A stretch of 64,000 nt of DNA from Escherichia phage A4. The notes under the pieces are model-generated. The model saw only the letters and a list, made by a program, of their open reading frames with translations. It searched no databases and was not told where the DNA came from. Made by a program: the position numbers and the translations under genes. The first letter of the stretch is position 1. The number at the start of each line of letters is the position of its first letter. The DNA lies in sequence record ON286972; one strand, given 5' to 3'. Shown piece after piece: positions 9,892 through 19,133 of the stretch.

Positions 9892-9902
9892 GTTCATGCT
9901 AT

Positions 9903-9929
9903 TGACAAGAGCCTGTACTGTGTTACAAT
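9903..9929 (+). promoter_or_regulatory. sigma70-like promoter (TTGACA-15-TACAAT)
   Basis: Hexamers in spacer upstream of 9964; spacer shorter than optimal. Confidence 0.3.
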
Positions 9930-9963
9930 GCACAGTAATATTAATTAAAAAGGTGCACATGAA

Positions 9964-10497
9964 ATGATTATTAATGCTTACAATGCTGAGGAAATGCAGG
10001 AATTATCTCGTAAAATCAACATTATAGTTCCTTTGCTTAAGGATTGCAGTACTGGTTTGATTCCATCACGAGACATTATTAAAGAAGGATACTACCTACA
10101 GGCAGTCTATAAGGGTGGTACATTTCATCGTTGTCGTGTATTACGTGATGGCCTTCCTGCACTTACACTCATTGGTATTGGTATTGCCGTATGCGGTACG
10201 AACCGTTTGTACTTGAATGAAAAAAATCAAATCATGAATTTGTTTTATACAGGAAAAAGTACTGAATTATATTTTGGTATTCAGAACTGGTGGGATACCG
10301 TAAAGAGTAGTACTATTGAAATCCCGAAATACAATTACAACTCATTTGAAGAGCAGATGTTTCAATTGTCATGTACTGATGACATGTACATGATTCTACG
10401 TCTCTATATGGAGATGCAAATGAACTTCAGAAGTAATTTATACATTGATACTTCAACATTTGAATTCGAAGATGTATTCGTTGATGGTATATTATGA
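9964..10497 (+). CDS. hypothetical protein, FQxS-motif paralog family
   Basis: Motif QMFQLSCTDDMY; C-terminal LYIDTSTFEFE. Confidence 0.55.
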   Translation: MIINAYNAEEMQELSRKINIIVPLLKDCSTGLIPSRDIIKEGYYLQAVYKGGTFHRCRVLRDGLPALTLIGIGIAVCGTNRLYLNEKNQIMNLFYTGKSTELYFGIQNWWDTVKSSTIEIPKYNYNSFEEQMFQLSCTDDMYMILRLYMEMQMNFRSNLYIDTSTFEFEDVFVDGIL

Positions 10498-10721
10498 AGT
10501 ATATTCCAAAACACCAGTACTACAGGATGTGTTCTGACATTTACACAAAATGGAATACATTTCATCCCCTTTTGAAGAAGAGGCGTCCATATCATGATTA
10601 TAAGTTGAATCATTTTCTTGGAACTAATTATCAAGAGGTTGTAATGAAAGATTACATTTTTAACCTTCAGAAATTAATTCAGAATAAAGTTCAAGGAAAG
10701 GGGGAGTCCACGTGGGTATAA
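10494..10721 (+). CDS. hypothetical small protein, FxLGT-motif family
   Basis: Motif NHFLGTNYQEVVMKDYIFNL. Confidence 0.4.
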   Translation: MKYIPKHQYYRMCSDIYTKWNTFHPLLKKRRPYHDYKLNHFLGTNYQEVVMKDYIFNLQKLIQNKVQGKGESTWV

Positions 10722-10918
10722 GACACAGAGACATGCAAGATATTCTTAACCAATACAGTGCTCAAATGTTCACTGCAATCAGGTCTTCCAATCAAAATGA
10801 CGTGTCGGAATTACAGTTACTGATGTACATAGGGACACAATACCAGGAGGCTTCAGTTGAGACGTATATTAAGTACCTATTGGGTATTATAAGGATGAAA
10901 AATGGACAATACTTTTGA
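10712..10918 (+). CDS. hypothetical small protein, FxLGT-motif family
   Basis: Motif LLMYIGTQYQEASVETYIKYL. Confidence 0.45.
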   Translation: MGIRHRDMQDILNQYSAQMFTAIRSSNQNDVSELQLLMYIGTQYQEASVETYIKYLLGIIRMKNGQYF

Positions 10919-11138
10919 ACAAGCACCAGCATCGGATTTTAGTTATGGGTTTATTATAGATATATTTTCTGGTACTGAAGCATCTGATATACCTCTTTAT
11001 ATCTTTGCTAATATGCGTTATATTTTTCGTATTGCAGAGGACAGTGATAAATCTGATATGTCTTTTATGATTAAAAAAATCATATACTTATCGTGCTATG
11101 AATATATGAATGAAATGAGCGAACACTATGACCTATGA
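10902..11138 (+). CDS. hypothetical protein
   Basis: ORF-track ORF; no motif recognised. Confidence 0.35.
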   Translation: MDNTFEQAPASDFSYGFIIDIFSGTEASDIPLYIFANMRYIFRIAEDSDKSDMSFMIKKIIYLSCYEYMNEMSEHYDL

Positions 11139-11676
11139 TGAGATAATTTCTTTTGCAAATAAGTTAAGTACACTAACCAAATTGACGGAAGTAGTACTGC
11201 AAGATGAGCGTATACTTTCTAGGAGTGAGCTAATTGTTTCACAAAACGATTCCATGACGTATATGTCTTTCAGATCGTCAGGCCGAACAATTATTAAGTT
11301 CGGTTCTGTTCCTGAAACAAATGGAAAATTATCTATGTGCACACATAATAATGGGGAATTGTATGGATTAGTGTACAGAAAAGATTCGACAGTACTGAAT
11401 ACTTTCAATGCAGGTGCGAGTGCAGTTGATGTTACATCATTGAGTGATGTTGACAAATACATAGATTTACCACACCTTGAAATTAATGAAGAAAGTGTTT
11501 TTCAGTTAAGTACAGTGCACAATGATATTGAAGTGTTTGGTATTTCTTTATGGAATATCCTTCGTTTAAGGGATGATGCTCCTGTATTTGTATATGCAAA
11601 TTATGAAGACATTGATACTTGTATTGATGAAATGGAGAAATACATTGATCAATTTAAACAAAACTTCCACATTTGA
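11128..11676 (+). CDS. hypothetical protein, FQxS-motif paralog family
   Basis: Motif SVFQLSTVHNDIE. Confidence 0.6.
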   Translation: MTYDEIISFANKLSTLTKLTEVVLQDERILSRSELIVSQNDSMTYMSFRSSGRTIIKFGSVPETNGKLSMCTHNNGELYGLVYRKDSTVLNTFNAGASAVDVTSLSDVDKYIDLPHLEINEESVFQLSTVHNDIEVFGISLWNILRLRDDAPVFVYANYEDIDTCIDEMEKYIDQFKQNFHI

Positions 11677-12223
11677 TATTCACGAGAAAGCTAAGCTACT
11701 TATCAGTACTGCTGAATATTATTACGATACAGTACTGAGTCAATCACCTTCTACATTTCGTGATTTAGTTAAATCATTTAATAAAACACAAAAAGATTGT
11801 GAGCTTTCATATAATGGTGTGAACTTTATGTATATTAAACCATATATGTCAAAGCGTGATTTGATTAAATGCAATGATGATTTCAAGATTGATCGTGATT
11901 TAAATCGTTTCTTCTACGATGTAAGAAGCAATCTGTATCAACTTACATTAAATTCCAGTACTTCTTTCATTATTGGATTGGGTAAGAATTTAGGTACTGG
12001 TACTTCATTTTATAATAAAGGTGAAGTACAAGATGTGGATCTCAATCCAAGTACTGATGTTGCATTCCAACAGGATTTGATTATGGATGTGGATTCAGCA
12101 GCTACATACAGTTCTAATGTTCTGTGCAAGGAATTTCAGAATTCCAAAATTCTTGAGTTATTGTACATTGCGGATTGCAATATACTGTACAAATTTTGTA
12201 CTCATCTGAAGGAGATTTTATGA
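11573..12223 (+). CDS. hypothetical protein, FQxS-like (divergent); start uncertain
   Basis: Motif VAFQQDLIMDVD; long overlap with upstream gene suggests a later start. Confidence 0.45.
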   Translation: MMLLYLYMQIMKTLILVLMKWRNTLINLNKTSTFDIHEKAKLLISTAEYYYDTVLSQSPSTFRDLVKSFNKTQKDCELSYNGVNFMYIKPYMSKRDLIKCNDDFKIDRDLNRFFYDVRSNLYQLTLNSSTSFIIGLGKNLGTGTSFYNKGEVQDVDLNPSTDVAFQQDLIMDVDSAATYSSNVLCKEFQNSKILELLYIADCNILYKFCTHLKEIL

Positions 12224-12588
12224 AAAAAGAAATTAGAATCCAATTCGGTATGAGGAAAAAAGAGGTCATTTGCACACTGAATCATGCGGTCGTGGAAAGG
12301 TTTGATGCATTACAAAAATTCTCCCATTTTGTTCTTGTACTATATGAAAATGGGTCTTTTAAAATCTTCACTTATGATGATTCAAAAAATTATCGTAATG
12401 ATTTTGTAAATCTTACAGTACTGTCAGAAGAGGAATTCTTTCAGGAAAGTACAGTCTGGGATTTACCAGGAGCACCAATTGAATACGTCCGTGCTACACA
12501 GGCAGAAATGATCAAAGCAATGCAGAACTATCCAGAAGATCATATGACTAAGTTTCCTGAATCTATTCATGTAGAGGTTGAGTACTGA
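12220..12588 (+). CDS. hypothetical protein, FQxS-motif paralog family
   Basis: Motif EFFQESTVWDLP; ATG at 12220 with GGAG RBS. Confidence 0.55.
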   Translation: MKKEIRIQFGMRKKEVICTLNHAVVERFDALQKFSHFVLVLYENGSFKIFTYDDSKNYRNDFVNLTVLSEEEFFQESTVWDLPGAPIEYVRATQAEMIKAMQNYPEDHMTKFPESIHVEVEY

Positions 12589-12926
12589 TGGATTTAGTAA
12601 AAGTTACTATAGCCAAACATCAGTACTATGTAATGATTGAGTTAGGTTATAACCACAAGAAAGAACATTTTTATTATCTTACATATGAAAAGAATATGTT
12701 CAAGATAATCACTAATAATTTAGCACGAGATGTATTTCATATTTTTGATTACAGTGATTATAGTGAGGAAGAGTTATTTCAGGAATCATTAGTATGGGAG
12801 TACAATAGAATTGTAGATATTGAAAAGTTAATTAAGTATCAACAACTAATGAAAGATATAATGAATAACTATCCATGTGAACTACAAAGAGAACTGGAAT
12901 TTATTGTCCAATACAAAGAGGTTTAA
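12588..12926 (+). CDS. hypothetical protein, FQxS-motif paralog family
   Basis: Motif ELFQESLVWEYN. Confidence 0.6.
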   Translation: MDLVKVTIAKHQYYVMIELGYNHKKEHFYYLTYEKNMFKIITNNLARDVFHIFDYSDYSEEELFQESLVWEYNRIVDIEKLIKYQQLMKDIMNNYPCELQRELEFIVQYKEV

Positions 12927-12928
12927 TT

Positions 12929-13465
12929 ATGTTAGATTATGACAGAATAGAGAAAGATGATTGGGACGGTACTCACCATTTAAAGGTTGACACTTTTGAA
13001 CACGCTCGCAGTACTGCTCAAGATCTTATGCAAATCCATGAGTTCATTTGTAATAACAGAGAGACTTCTATTTGGGTAAAATCTGACAGATTTATTGATT
13101 CAAGTTATGATTACTTCAGTATTCGTTCAAGAGGTCTGGATGATGACGGGTACAGTGTTGATATGTTCAATATCAACAAATTTAATGACCCTGAATATGA
13201 TCCAAAATACAGCGGTGGCTTTTTAAGTTATTCACCTGACTATGACAGAATAAAGTTCTTTTATGAAGAGGCAGACATTGTTATACCATTTATAGAAGAA
13301 GAACTTACCGAAGAACTGTTCTTTCAGATGAGTACTGTTGACGACCCGTACATAGTTGGTGTACAATTCATGTTCTCTTGGCTTAAACAGAATAACTTCC
13401 CTCCTTTTTATGTTGACCTTACTTTTTACGATCTAATTTGGAATTTTGTTCGTAATCCATCTTGA
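12929..13465 (+). CDS. hypothetical protein, FQxS-motif paralog family
   Basis: Motif LFFQMSTVDDPY; C-terminal FYVDLTFYDLI. Confidence 0.6.
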   Translation: MLDYDRIEKDDWDGTHHLKVDTFEHARSTAQDLMQIHEFICNNRETSIWVKSDRFIDSSYDYFSIRSRGLDDDGYSVDMFNINKFNDPEYDPKYSGGFLSYSPDYDRIKFFYEEADIVIPFIEEELTEELFFQMSTVDDPYIVGVQFMFSWLKQNNFPPFYVDLTFYDLIWNFVRNPS

Positions 13466-13490
13466 CACCTCCTTCTGTGCATGATATAAT
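13462..13490 (+). promoter_or_regulatory. sigma70-like promoter (TTGACA-17-TATAAT)
   Basis: Consensus hexamers with 17-nt spacer upstream of 13522. Confidence 0.5.
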
Positions 13491-13521
13491 CTTTTTCATC
13501 TAATACGAAAAGGATCATATC

Positions 13522-14019
13522 ATGCAATTCAATCCTGAACTCTCATACAGTAATGCTATAACTTTTGCAGACAATTTAATTCGCATTCATAACTTTTTAA
13601 GAGATGTTGAAACTAATTTTGACGTTACATATGTGGACCCCAAAAGTGGAGAGATGTTTACCGATACAGTACAGGTATCCAGTATTCTGTCATTTCGTAT
13701 GCATATGCTATACAGCAAAGTTGAAGCACATAATAATGTAAGAATTCTTGGTTCGTCATTCTTTGGATTCAATGCGAAAGCGAAAGGTACACTTCGTTTT
13801 TATAAAGAATTTTTGGAGTGCGAAGAGATAGATCTCATTGATATCAATGATGAGTGTGAATACTTTCAGTACTGCACAATCTATTCAGAAGATGTGGTTT
13901 TTGCATTAACTGCAATATCTGAATTGCATAAAAAATTACCACCAGATGCCCAATTTTACTTTGACCTTAGTGATTATGATATCATGTTGGATCATATTAA
14001 TCGTGTAGGAGAATTGTAA
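13522..14019 (+). CDS. hypothetical protein, FQxS-motif paralog family
   Basis: Motif EYFQYCTIYSED; C-terminal FYFDLSDYDIM. Confidence 0.6.
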   Translation: MQFNPELSYSNAITFADNLIRIHNFLRDVETNFDVTYVDPKSGEMFTDTVQVSSILSFRMHMLYSKVEAHNNVRILGSSFFGFNAKAKGTLRFYKEFLECEEIDLIDINDECEYFQYCTIYSEDVVFALTAISELHKKLPPDAQFYFDLSDYDIMLDHINRVGEL

Positions 14020-14522
14020 TGCCTGATATTAGCAAACTTAATTACGATGAGATTGAACAGTACGCAAAAGATATCTACGAAATCTATGATGAATTCAAGA
14101 ACAATACTACAGCATTTGGTTCAATGTATTCTCGAAAAAAGAGTCTTAACAGGGATAGGAAAAGTTGTTTAACATATACACAGAAATCAGGCGAAATGAT
14201 GGAAATCTTCTGTGAATCATTTGATGATAGTGAATATAGTGTAGGCATGAATTACCTATCTTACTCAAAAGAAGGTGAAGTTGTAGTAGATTTACGTGAT
14301 GAAAAGGGTCGTAATAAAAAGAGTAGTATCAAGGAAGAAGATGTAAAACTAATTTCTGAAGAAGATTACTTTCAGTTAAGTACTACTATGAATATGTTGG
14401 TATTGAATGTCATAACACTCTACGGTTTCCTCCGATATAAGCATGAAATTGAAACTGACTTCTATTTTGATTTGAATGATTTTGAAGTATGCAAGGGATA
14501 TCTAAATGGGAAAAGTAGTTGA
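14019..14522 (+). CDS. hypothetical protein, FQxS-motif paralog family
   Basis: Motif DYFQLSTTMNM; C-terminal FYFDLNDFEV. Confidence 0.6.
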   Translation: MPDISKLNYDEIEQYAKDIYEIYDEFKNNTTAFGSMYSRKKSLNRDRKSCLTYTQKSGEMMEIFCESFDDSEYSVGMNYLSYSKEGEVVVDLRDEKGRNKKSSIKEEDVKLISEEDYFQLSTTMNMLVLNVITLYGFLRYKHEIETDFYFDLNDFEVCKGYLNGKSS

Positions 14523-14844
14523 TATTGAGTACATGCACGATGGTGATGAAATTTTTATTGTCCAAAAAGAATGCAAGGCTGGACATTGGGTTATCTTCTC
14601 TGTAGAAGAGGATGAATCCATTGTATCTTTTATTTCTACTAAACATAAAGATACGAATTTGGAACTTCTTTACAATTTAAGTGAAGAAGAACTATTTCAA
14701 ATGAGCACTACATTTGAATATGATGTATACGAATTATTAGATGTACAGAATATTTTGTTGGAGTCTCTTCAGAAACTAAAACACAAAGATTTATTTCTGG
14801 TTAAATCATTTATGATGCACAAATTTACACTTGAGGTGGATTAA
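14506..14844 (+). CDS. hypothetical protein, FQxS-motif paralog family
   Basis: Motif ELFQMSTTFEYD. Confidence 0.55.
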   Translation: MGKVVDIEYMHDGDEIFIVQKECKAGHWVIFSVEEDESIVSFISTKHKDTNLELLYNLSEEELFQMSTTFEYDVYELLDVQNILLESLQKLKHKDLFLVKSFMMHKFTLEVD

Positions 14845-15275
14845 TGTATTTTGAAATTATAAAAGTTAAATCAAAGGCTTTACTTAATACAAGATTTCAA
14901 ACGTATGGTTGCACTCATAGTGTAATGCTGGATGATAATAACGAATTGTATTATTCTAAAGTAACACAACCAGTACCGGAGAATAAATTCTATATCTATT
15001 CTCACAAAGATAACTCACAATATGACATTGAGAATCTCGCTGTAATGCCACCTGACGAGCTATTTCAGTACAGCTTAGTATGTCCTTACCGTGGTGATAT
15101 TGACCTTCTCAAGAAGATTCAGGAGGGTTTAATGGACTTTGTGCCTAAGTCTAACCCTGAATATTTTTCAACTAATGTAGAGTTTTTAAAGATCGAAAGA
15201 GAAATTCCTGATTATATGCTTAGTGATGATGAGTTCTACGATAAGCATTTCCCAGGAAAAAAATGGAGAGATTAA
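14844..15275 (+). CDS. hypothetical protein, FQxS-motif paralog family
   Basis: Motif ELFQYSLVCPYRGD. Confidence 0.55.
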   Translation: MYFEIIKVKSKALLNTRFQTYGCTHSVMLDDNNELYYSKVTQPVPENKFYIYSHKDNSQYDIENLAVMPPDELFQYSLVCPYRGDIDLLKKIQEGLMDFVPKSNPEYFSTNVEFLKIEREIPDYMLSDDEFYDKHFPGKKWRD

Positions 15276-15745
15276 TGACATTCCAGGAAGATATTGATTT
15301 TGCAAAAAAGATTTACAAAATTCATCTTATAATGGAAAGTACTGAGTTCCAAAAGCGTTCATATGTCGATAAGATTAAAAGCTGTGATAAAAGTTCATTT
15401 GTCATAAAACTACCCACATTCAAATCCAAAAGAGAGGCCATCTACGCTACGATTTATGATGATTCAGAATACAATCTAATGGATTTGTACATGACCTTTA
15501 CCCCTGGGAATACACTTGTATGTTACTTCCAATGGGAGGAAGAGACAATTGTACTTGATAATATAGGTTCTTATAAGCCTACTGAAGAGACGCACTTTCA
15601 GTTATCTTTGATCTATACAGAAGAAACAGTTCGTGCTATAATGTTGTATTCATATCTCAATAGTGTAAATGCCAGTGCTTTCTATCTGGATTTAGTACAT
15701 CTTGAACTTATTGAGGAATTACTTGCAGAGGAACTTTCTCTATGA
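15275..15745 (+). CDS. hypothetical protein, FQxS-motif paralog family
   Basis: Motif THFQLSLIYTEE; ATG at 15275 overlaps upstream stop. Confidence 0.55.
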   Translation: MTFQEDIDFAKKIYKIHLIMESTEFQKRSYVDKIKSCDKSSFVIKLPTFKSKREAIYATIYDDSEYNLMDLYMTFTPGNTLVCYFQWEEETIVLDNIGSYKPTEETHFQLSLIYTEETVRAIMLYSYLNSVNASAFYLDLVHLELIEELLAEELSL

Positions 15746-16212
15746 TAGAATCCGAAGAGTTAGTACTGGATGGTCACGTTATCCGATACGATTCATATGC
15801 GGCGTGTATTGATTTTGCAAAGATTTTGATGAAGATTTATCATGCTGGTAATAATGGTAAATTTGACAAAGTGTTTGGAAAATCATTTACTCATAATGCA
15901 TGGTATTACGCTGGTACTGAAGTTTTAAACATAGGGGAATCAGTGTGTGATGATGAATCATTCATGAGCTTTGATTACTATTATATTCAGTACCATTCAT
16001 ACCTTGATAAAATTTGTGTTCATGACAGTGATTTTAAAGTATTACCTTCATATATTGAAATATGTAATGAAGAGATGTACTTTCAAAACTCATTATTATA
16101 TACAAGTAATATACTTTTACTATCTGTGATTGTGACATACTTAAGAAGCGAAGGACTTAATTCCTTTTATATTGATTTGGATTTCTTTAATACATTTTTG
16201 GAACATTTATAA
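15742..16212 (+). CDS. hypothetical protein, FQxS-motif paralog family
   Basis: Motif MYFQNSLLYTSN; C-terminal FYIDLDFFNTFL. Confidence 0.55.
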   Translation: MIESEELVLDGHVIRYDSYAACIDFAKILMKIYHAGNNGKFDKVFGKSFTHNAWYYAGTEVLNIGESVCDDESFMSFDYYYIQYHSYLDKICVHDSDFKVLPSYIEICNEEMYFQNSLLYTSNILLLSVIVTYLRSEGLNSFYIDLDFFNTFLEHL

Positions 16213-16221
16213 AGGTGCTAT

Positions 16222-16728
16222 ATGTCGAGGAAACTATCAGAACTAATAAAGTTCGCAAAGGATTGTCTTGATACAATAACTTATTTGTACGTTAATGAAG
16301 TTAATTTGCATAGATATTTCGCTATCCATCACAGTACTGAATCGTCTTTCAATATTCGTCACGGTGCTCATAGTATATATTTTCATACTAAAGCTGAAGA
16401 TCGTCTGGCTCATTCTATGTTTGAGAAAGGTAAAACAGACTATATTCTATTTCGTTCAGATGGTTCTGATATAAAATATATTTCACACCAAAGAGGAAAA
16501 GCACAATTTATTAATCATATACTTCCGTACATTACGGATTTAACGGATGAAAATTATTTCCAAAATTCATTAATTTACAATGACTCTGAACTTAAAGCTA
16601 TGTTTATTCTATCGTACTTTAAAAAATATAGTGAGTTTCAGAGAATTAGTTTTGAATTTGCTTCAATGAAGCACTTTATTAAACAGGTAAGGATTTTAAA
16701 AAATGCTGACAAACGAAACAATAGATAA
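16222..16728 (+). CDS. hypothetical protein, FQxS-motif paralog family
   Basis: Motif NYFQNSLIYNDSE. Confidence 0.55.
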   Translation: MSRKLSELIKFAKDCLDTITYLYVNEVNLHRYFAIHHSTESSFNIRHGAHSIYFHTKAEDRLAHSMFEKGKTDYILFRSDGSDIKYISHQRGKAQFINHILPYITDLTDENYFQNSLIYNDSELKAMFILSYFKKYSEFQRISFEFASMKHFIKQVRILKNADKRNNR

Positions 16729-17317
16729 AATTAGTCAGATAAGTTTAGAACTAATTCGTATTCATGAATTTGCATGGCGTCTAACAAATCGTGTTATTTC
16801 ATTTCATACCAGTACTGAACAAAATTCTACATACAAATTTGACCGTGGTGACAAATGGTTTGATTTAATGGATGAAAATGATAAATGTATCATCTGCGTA
16901 AGAACTGAATTGACCGACCGCAACAGTGCAAGAGATTTAGATATATATATGCCCGGTTCTTATATTTGTATCTCAAGAAGCGATGGTATTTTTATTAGTT
17001 CATCTGGACTTAATTATCTTAATAAAGTCTACATTGATATGGATGAAGAAGAAGAATACTATGTTACAACACATGAACCTGAATTTCTGGATATTCCAGA
17101 TGATGATGTACTCGACGAAACATTGTTTCAGTACTCATTAATTCACAATGCCTGTGTTATTGATGCTATTAAATTTTGTAAAAATCTATCCCCTAAATTA
17201 CCATTAACAAAGTATATCAAATTAGAACCTGAAATATTCAAAGAACAGGACTGGGATGGGTTATTACTTAAATTAAAAAGTATTACTGAAGAAAACATAT
17301 GTACAATTGAGGATTAA
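16703..17317 (+). CDS. hypothetical protein, FQxS-motif paralog family
   Basis: Motif TLFQYSLIHNAC. Confidence 0.55.
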   Translation: MLTNETIDKISQISLELIRIHEFAWRLTNRVISFHTSTEQNSTYKFDRGDKWFDLMDENDKCIICVRTELTDRNSARDLDIYMPGSYICISRSDGIFISSSGLNYLNKVYIDMDEEEEYYVTTHEPEFLDIPDDDVLDETLFQYSLIHNACVIDAIKFCKNLSPKLPLTKYIKLEPEIFKEQDWDGLLLKLKSITEENICTIED

Positions 17318-17321
17318 TTGA

Positions 17322-17954
17322 ATGAGTTCAAAAAGAAAACCAATTTCAAAGTACGTTTTTCATCGCCTAGAATATAAGCACTGCATTGCGTATGCACGAG
17401 CCTTAACGGACATATTACCACGTCTGAAAGATGATAAGTTCCTTGAATGTTATGACATGCGTTTTCATAACAATGTTCTTGAGTACATAGAATCAGATGA
17501 TAGTGAGTTGAATGAAGTATGGCTTGATTTCAGTCCTAGTGGTTTAGATAAAAATAGAGTTGGTAATTTGGGACCATTTTTTACGCACTGCTTGAACTTC
17601 GATTTGTCAGATAAAACATTAGTACTGGACAGTAATGAGGTACTTAGATTAAACCTCAATGATATGGATTATTCAGAAGAATCATTCTTTCAATATAGTT
17701 TATTATATGAACCGAATGATTTATTATATACTATTGTTTTCCCATATCTACATGAGCACCTTAAAGGTACTAAAGTTCAAAGAGCAGACATTGCCTTTAG
17801 TTTAGTAAATTTATTCAAGTACAGTGATGTGTTCAAAGAAATATGTATTGAAGGTGGTTACTTCGATGACCTTGCTGATTTGAATAACATGGCGTTTGAA
17901 AATGATAATTATTTTAACGATACCTATATAGGCGGTTCGAGGATAATGAAATGA
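17322..17954 (+). CDS. hypothetical protein, FQxS-motif paralog family
   Basis: Motif SFFQYSLLYEPND. Confidence 0.55.
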   Translation: MSSKRKPISKYVFHRLEYKHCIAYARALTDILPRLKDDKFLECYDMRFHNNVLEYIESDDSELNEVWLDFSPSGLDKNRVGNLGPFFTHCLNFDLSDKTLVLDSNEVLRLNLNDMDYSEESFFQYSLLYEPNDLLYTIVFPYLHEHLKGTKVQRADIAFSLVNLFKYSDVFKEICIEGGYFDDLADLNNMAFENDNYFNDTYIGGSRIMK

Positions 17955-18502
17955 GTCTCCCATTAACAATAAACCCAGTACTAAAAGATCTATCTAAAGT
18001 TATTATGAACTTTTTTCCTATTGTACTACAAGATATAAAACCTATATCAAATCTTGGTTCATGTTATATTCGACACAGTAATAATAAAAACGGTTCTATA
18101 GGTACTTTGTACATTAGTGATAGTTCATTGTTTCTTTTGCACCCTGAGTTATCAGATGAAGAAATACAAGATGGATGCTCGGAGGCACAGAATCGTGTAC
18201 TCACACGTTATCCATATGTGTACATAAGCAGCATTAAACATAAAAATCTTGCTAATAACTTTTGCCAATGCAATCACGGTGATAACTTAATAGATTTAAA
18301 TGTTGACGATGGGGTGCTTTTCCAGTACAGTACTCTATATGATCAGTTAACAATGGATATCATTGAGTTGGATAAGTTAGTGCGTGATTACATCCCTGAT
18401 GGTTTCTATCTTACAATGGATCTTAATGTACTGAATTCCGTAATGGAACAAGGCACTCTACCAAACATTCTGAGAGACTTACGAGCATTTAAAAGACCCT
18501 GA
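17951..18502 (+). CDS. hypothetical protein, FQxS-motif paralog family
   Basis: Motif VLFQYSTLYDQL. Confidence 0.55.
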   Translation: MSLPLTINPVLKDLSKVIMNFFPIVLQDIKPISNLGSCYIRHSNNKNGSIGTLYISDSSLFLLHPELSDEEIQDGCSEAQNRVLTRYPYVYISSIKHKNLANNFCQCNHGDNLIDLNVDDGVLFQYSTLYDQLTMDIIELDKLVRDYIPDGFYLTMDLNVLNSVMEQGTLPNILRDLRAFKRP

Positions 18503-18516
18503 TGGGTCTTTTTTCG
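18494..18516 (+). terminator. rho-independent terminator
   Basis: Hairpin AGACCC-tgat-GGGTCT followed by T6, overlapping stop of 17951..18502. Confidence 0.6.
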
Positions 18517-18524
18517 TTTATAGG

Positions 18525-18553
18525 TTGACATTAGTAATGTAGAATGTTAGAAT
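18525..18553 (+). promoter_or_regulatory. sigma70-like promoter (TTGACA-17-TAGAAT)
   Basis: Hexamers in intergenic region upstream of 18585. Confidence 0.4.
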
Positions 18554-18584
18554 ATTGTAACCTATTTAAAAGAGAGCGTATTTT

Positions 18585-19133
18585 ATGGACAGCATTGTAA
18601 ATATTATTGAATGCATGATTTATATTTTTAAAAACAGTCCTGATAATGAGACTGTTAATTTTGAGTTAGGTGAATTAAATATCAACCCAAAAGAATCTCC
18701 ATCAGTATATTCTAATATTACATTGTTCATTAGTGGTTTAGGTTATGTCGTAAAGATCATTAATGCAACACAACGTAGACAAGAATACAAGATGGAAATT
18801 CTACGCGGAGATAGTGAAATTCGTCTATATAATGTATCACGCTACACTAAGATACTGGTAAAACATTCTTATGAAGATGACGAGAAGTTAGCTGTAGCTA
18901 AAATTGATTCAAACACTTTCAAAGAACAAATGTTCATGGCTGCTATGTCATATGATCAATTAACTTATAATAAGCTAGAAATGGGTTATAAATTACTTAG
19001 GTTATTAGAAGATCATTATGAAATTACAATTATGGACAAATTGCTTACCAAAAGCCAAGAGGAACTAGAGAAAATGCATTTGTTATTAAAAAAATATATT
19101 GATGATAATTTAAATTATGGAGAAGTACGTTGA
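18585..19133 (+). CDS. hypothetical protein, FQxS-like (degenerate motif)
   Basis: Motif position reads [13 protein letters not shown]. Confidence 0.5.
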   Translation: MDSIVNIIECMIYIFKNSPDNETVNFELGELNINPKESPSVYSNITLFISGLGYVVKIINATQRRQEYKMEILRGDSEIRLYNVSRYTKILVKHSYEDDEKLAVAKIDSNTFKEQMFMAAMSYDQLTYNKLEMGYKLLRLLEDHYEITIMDKLLTKSQEELEKMHLLLKKYIDDNLNYGEVR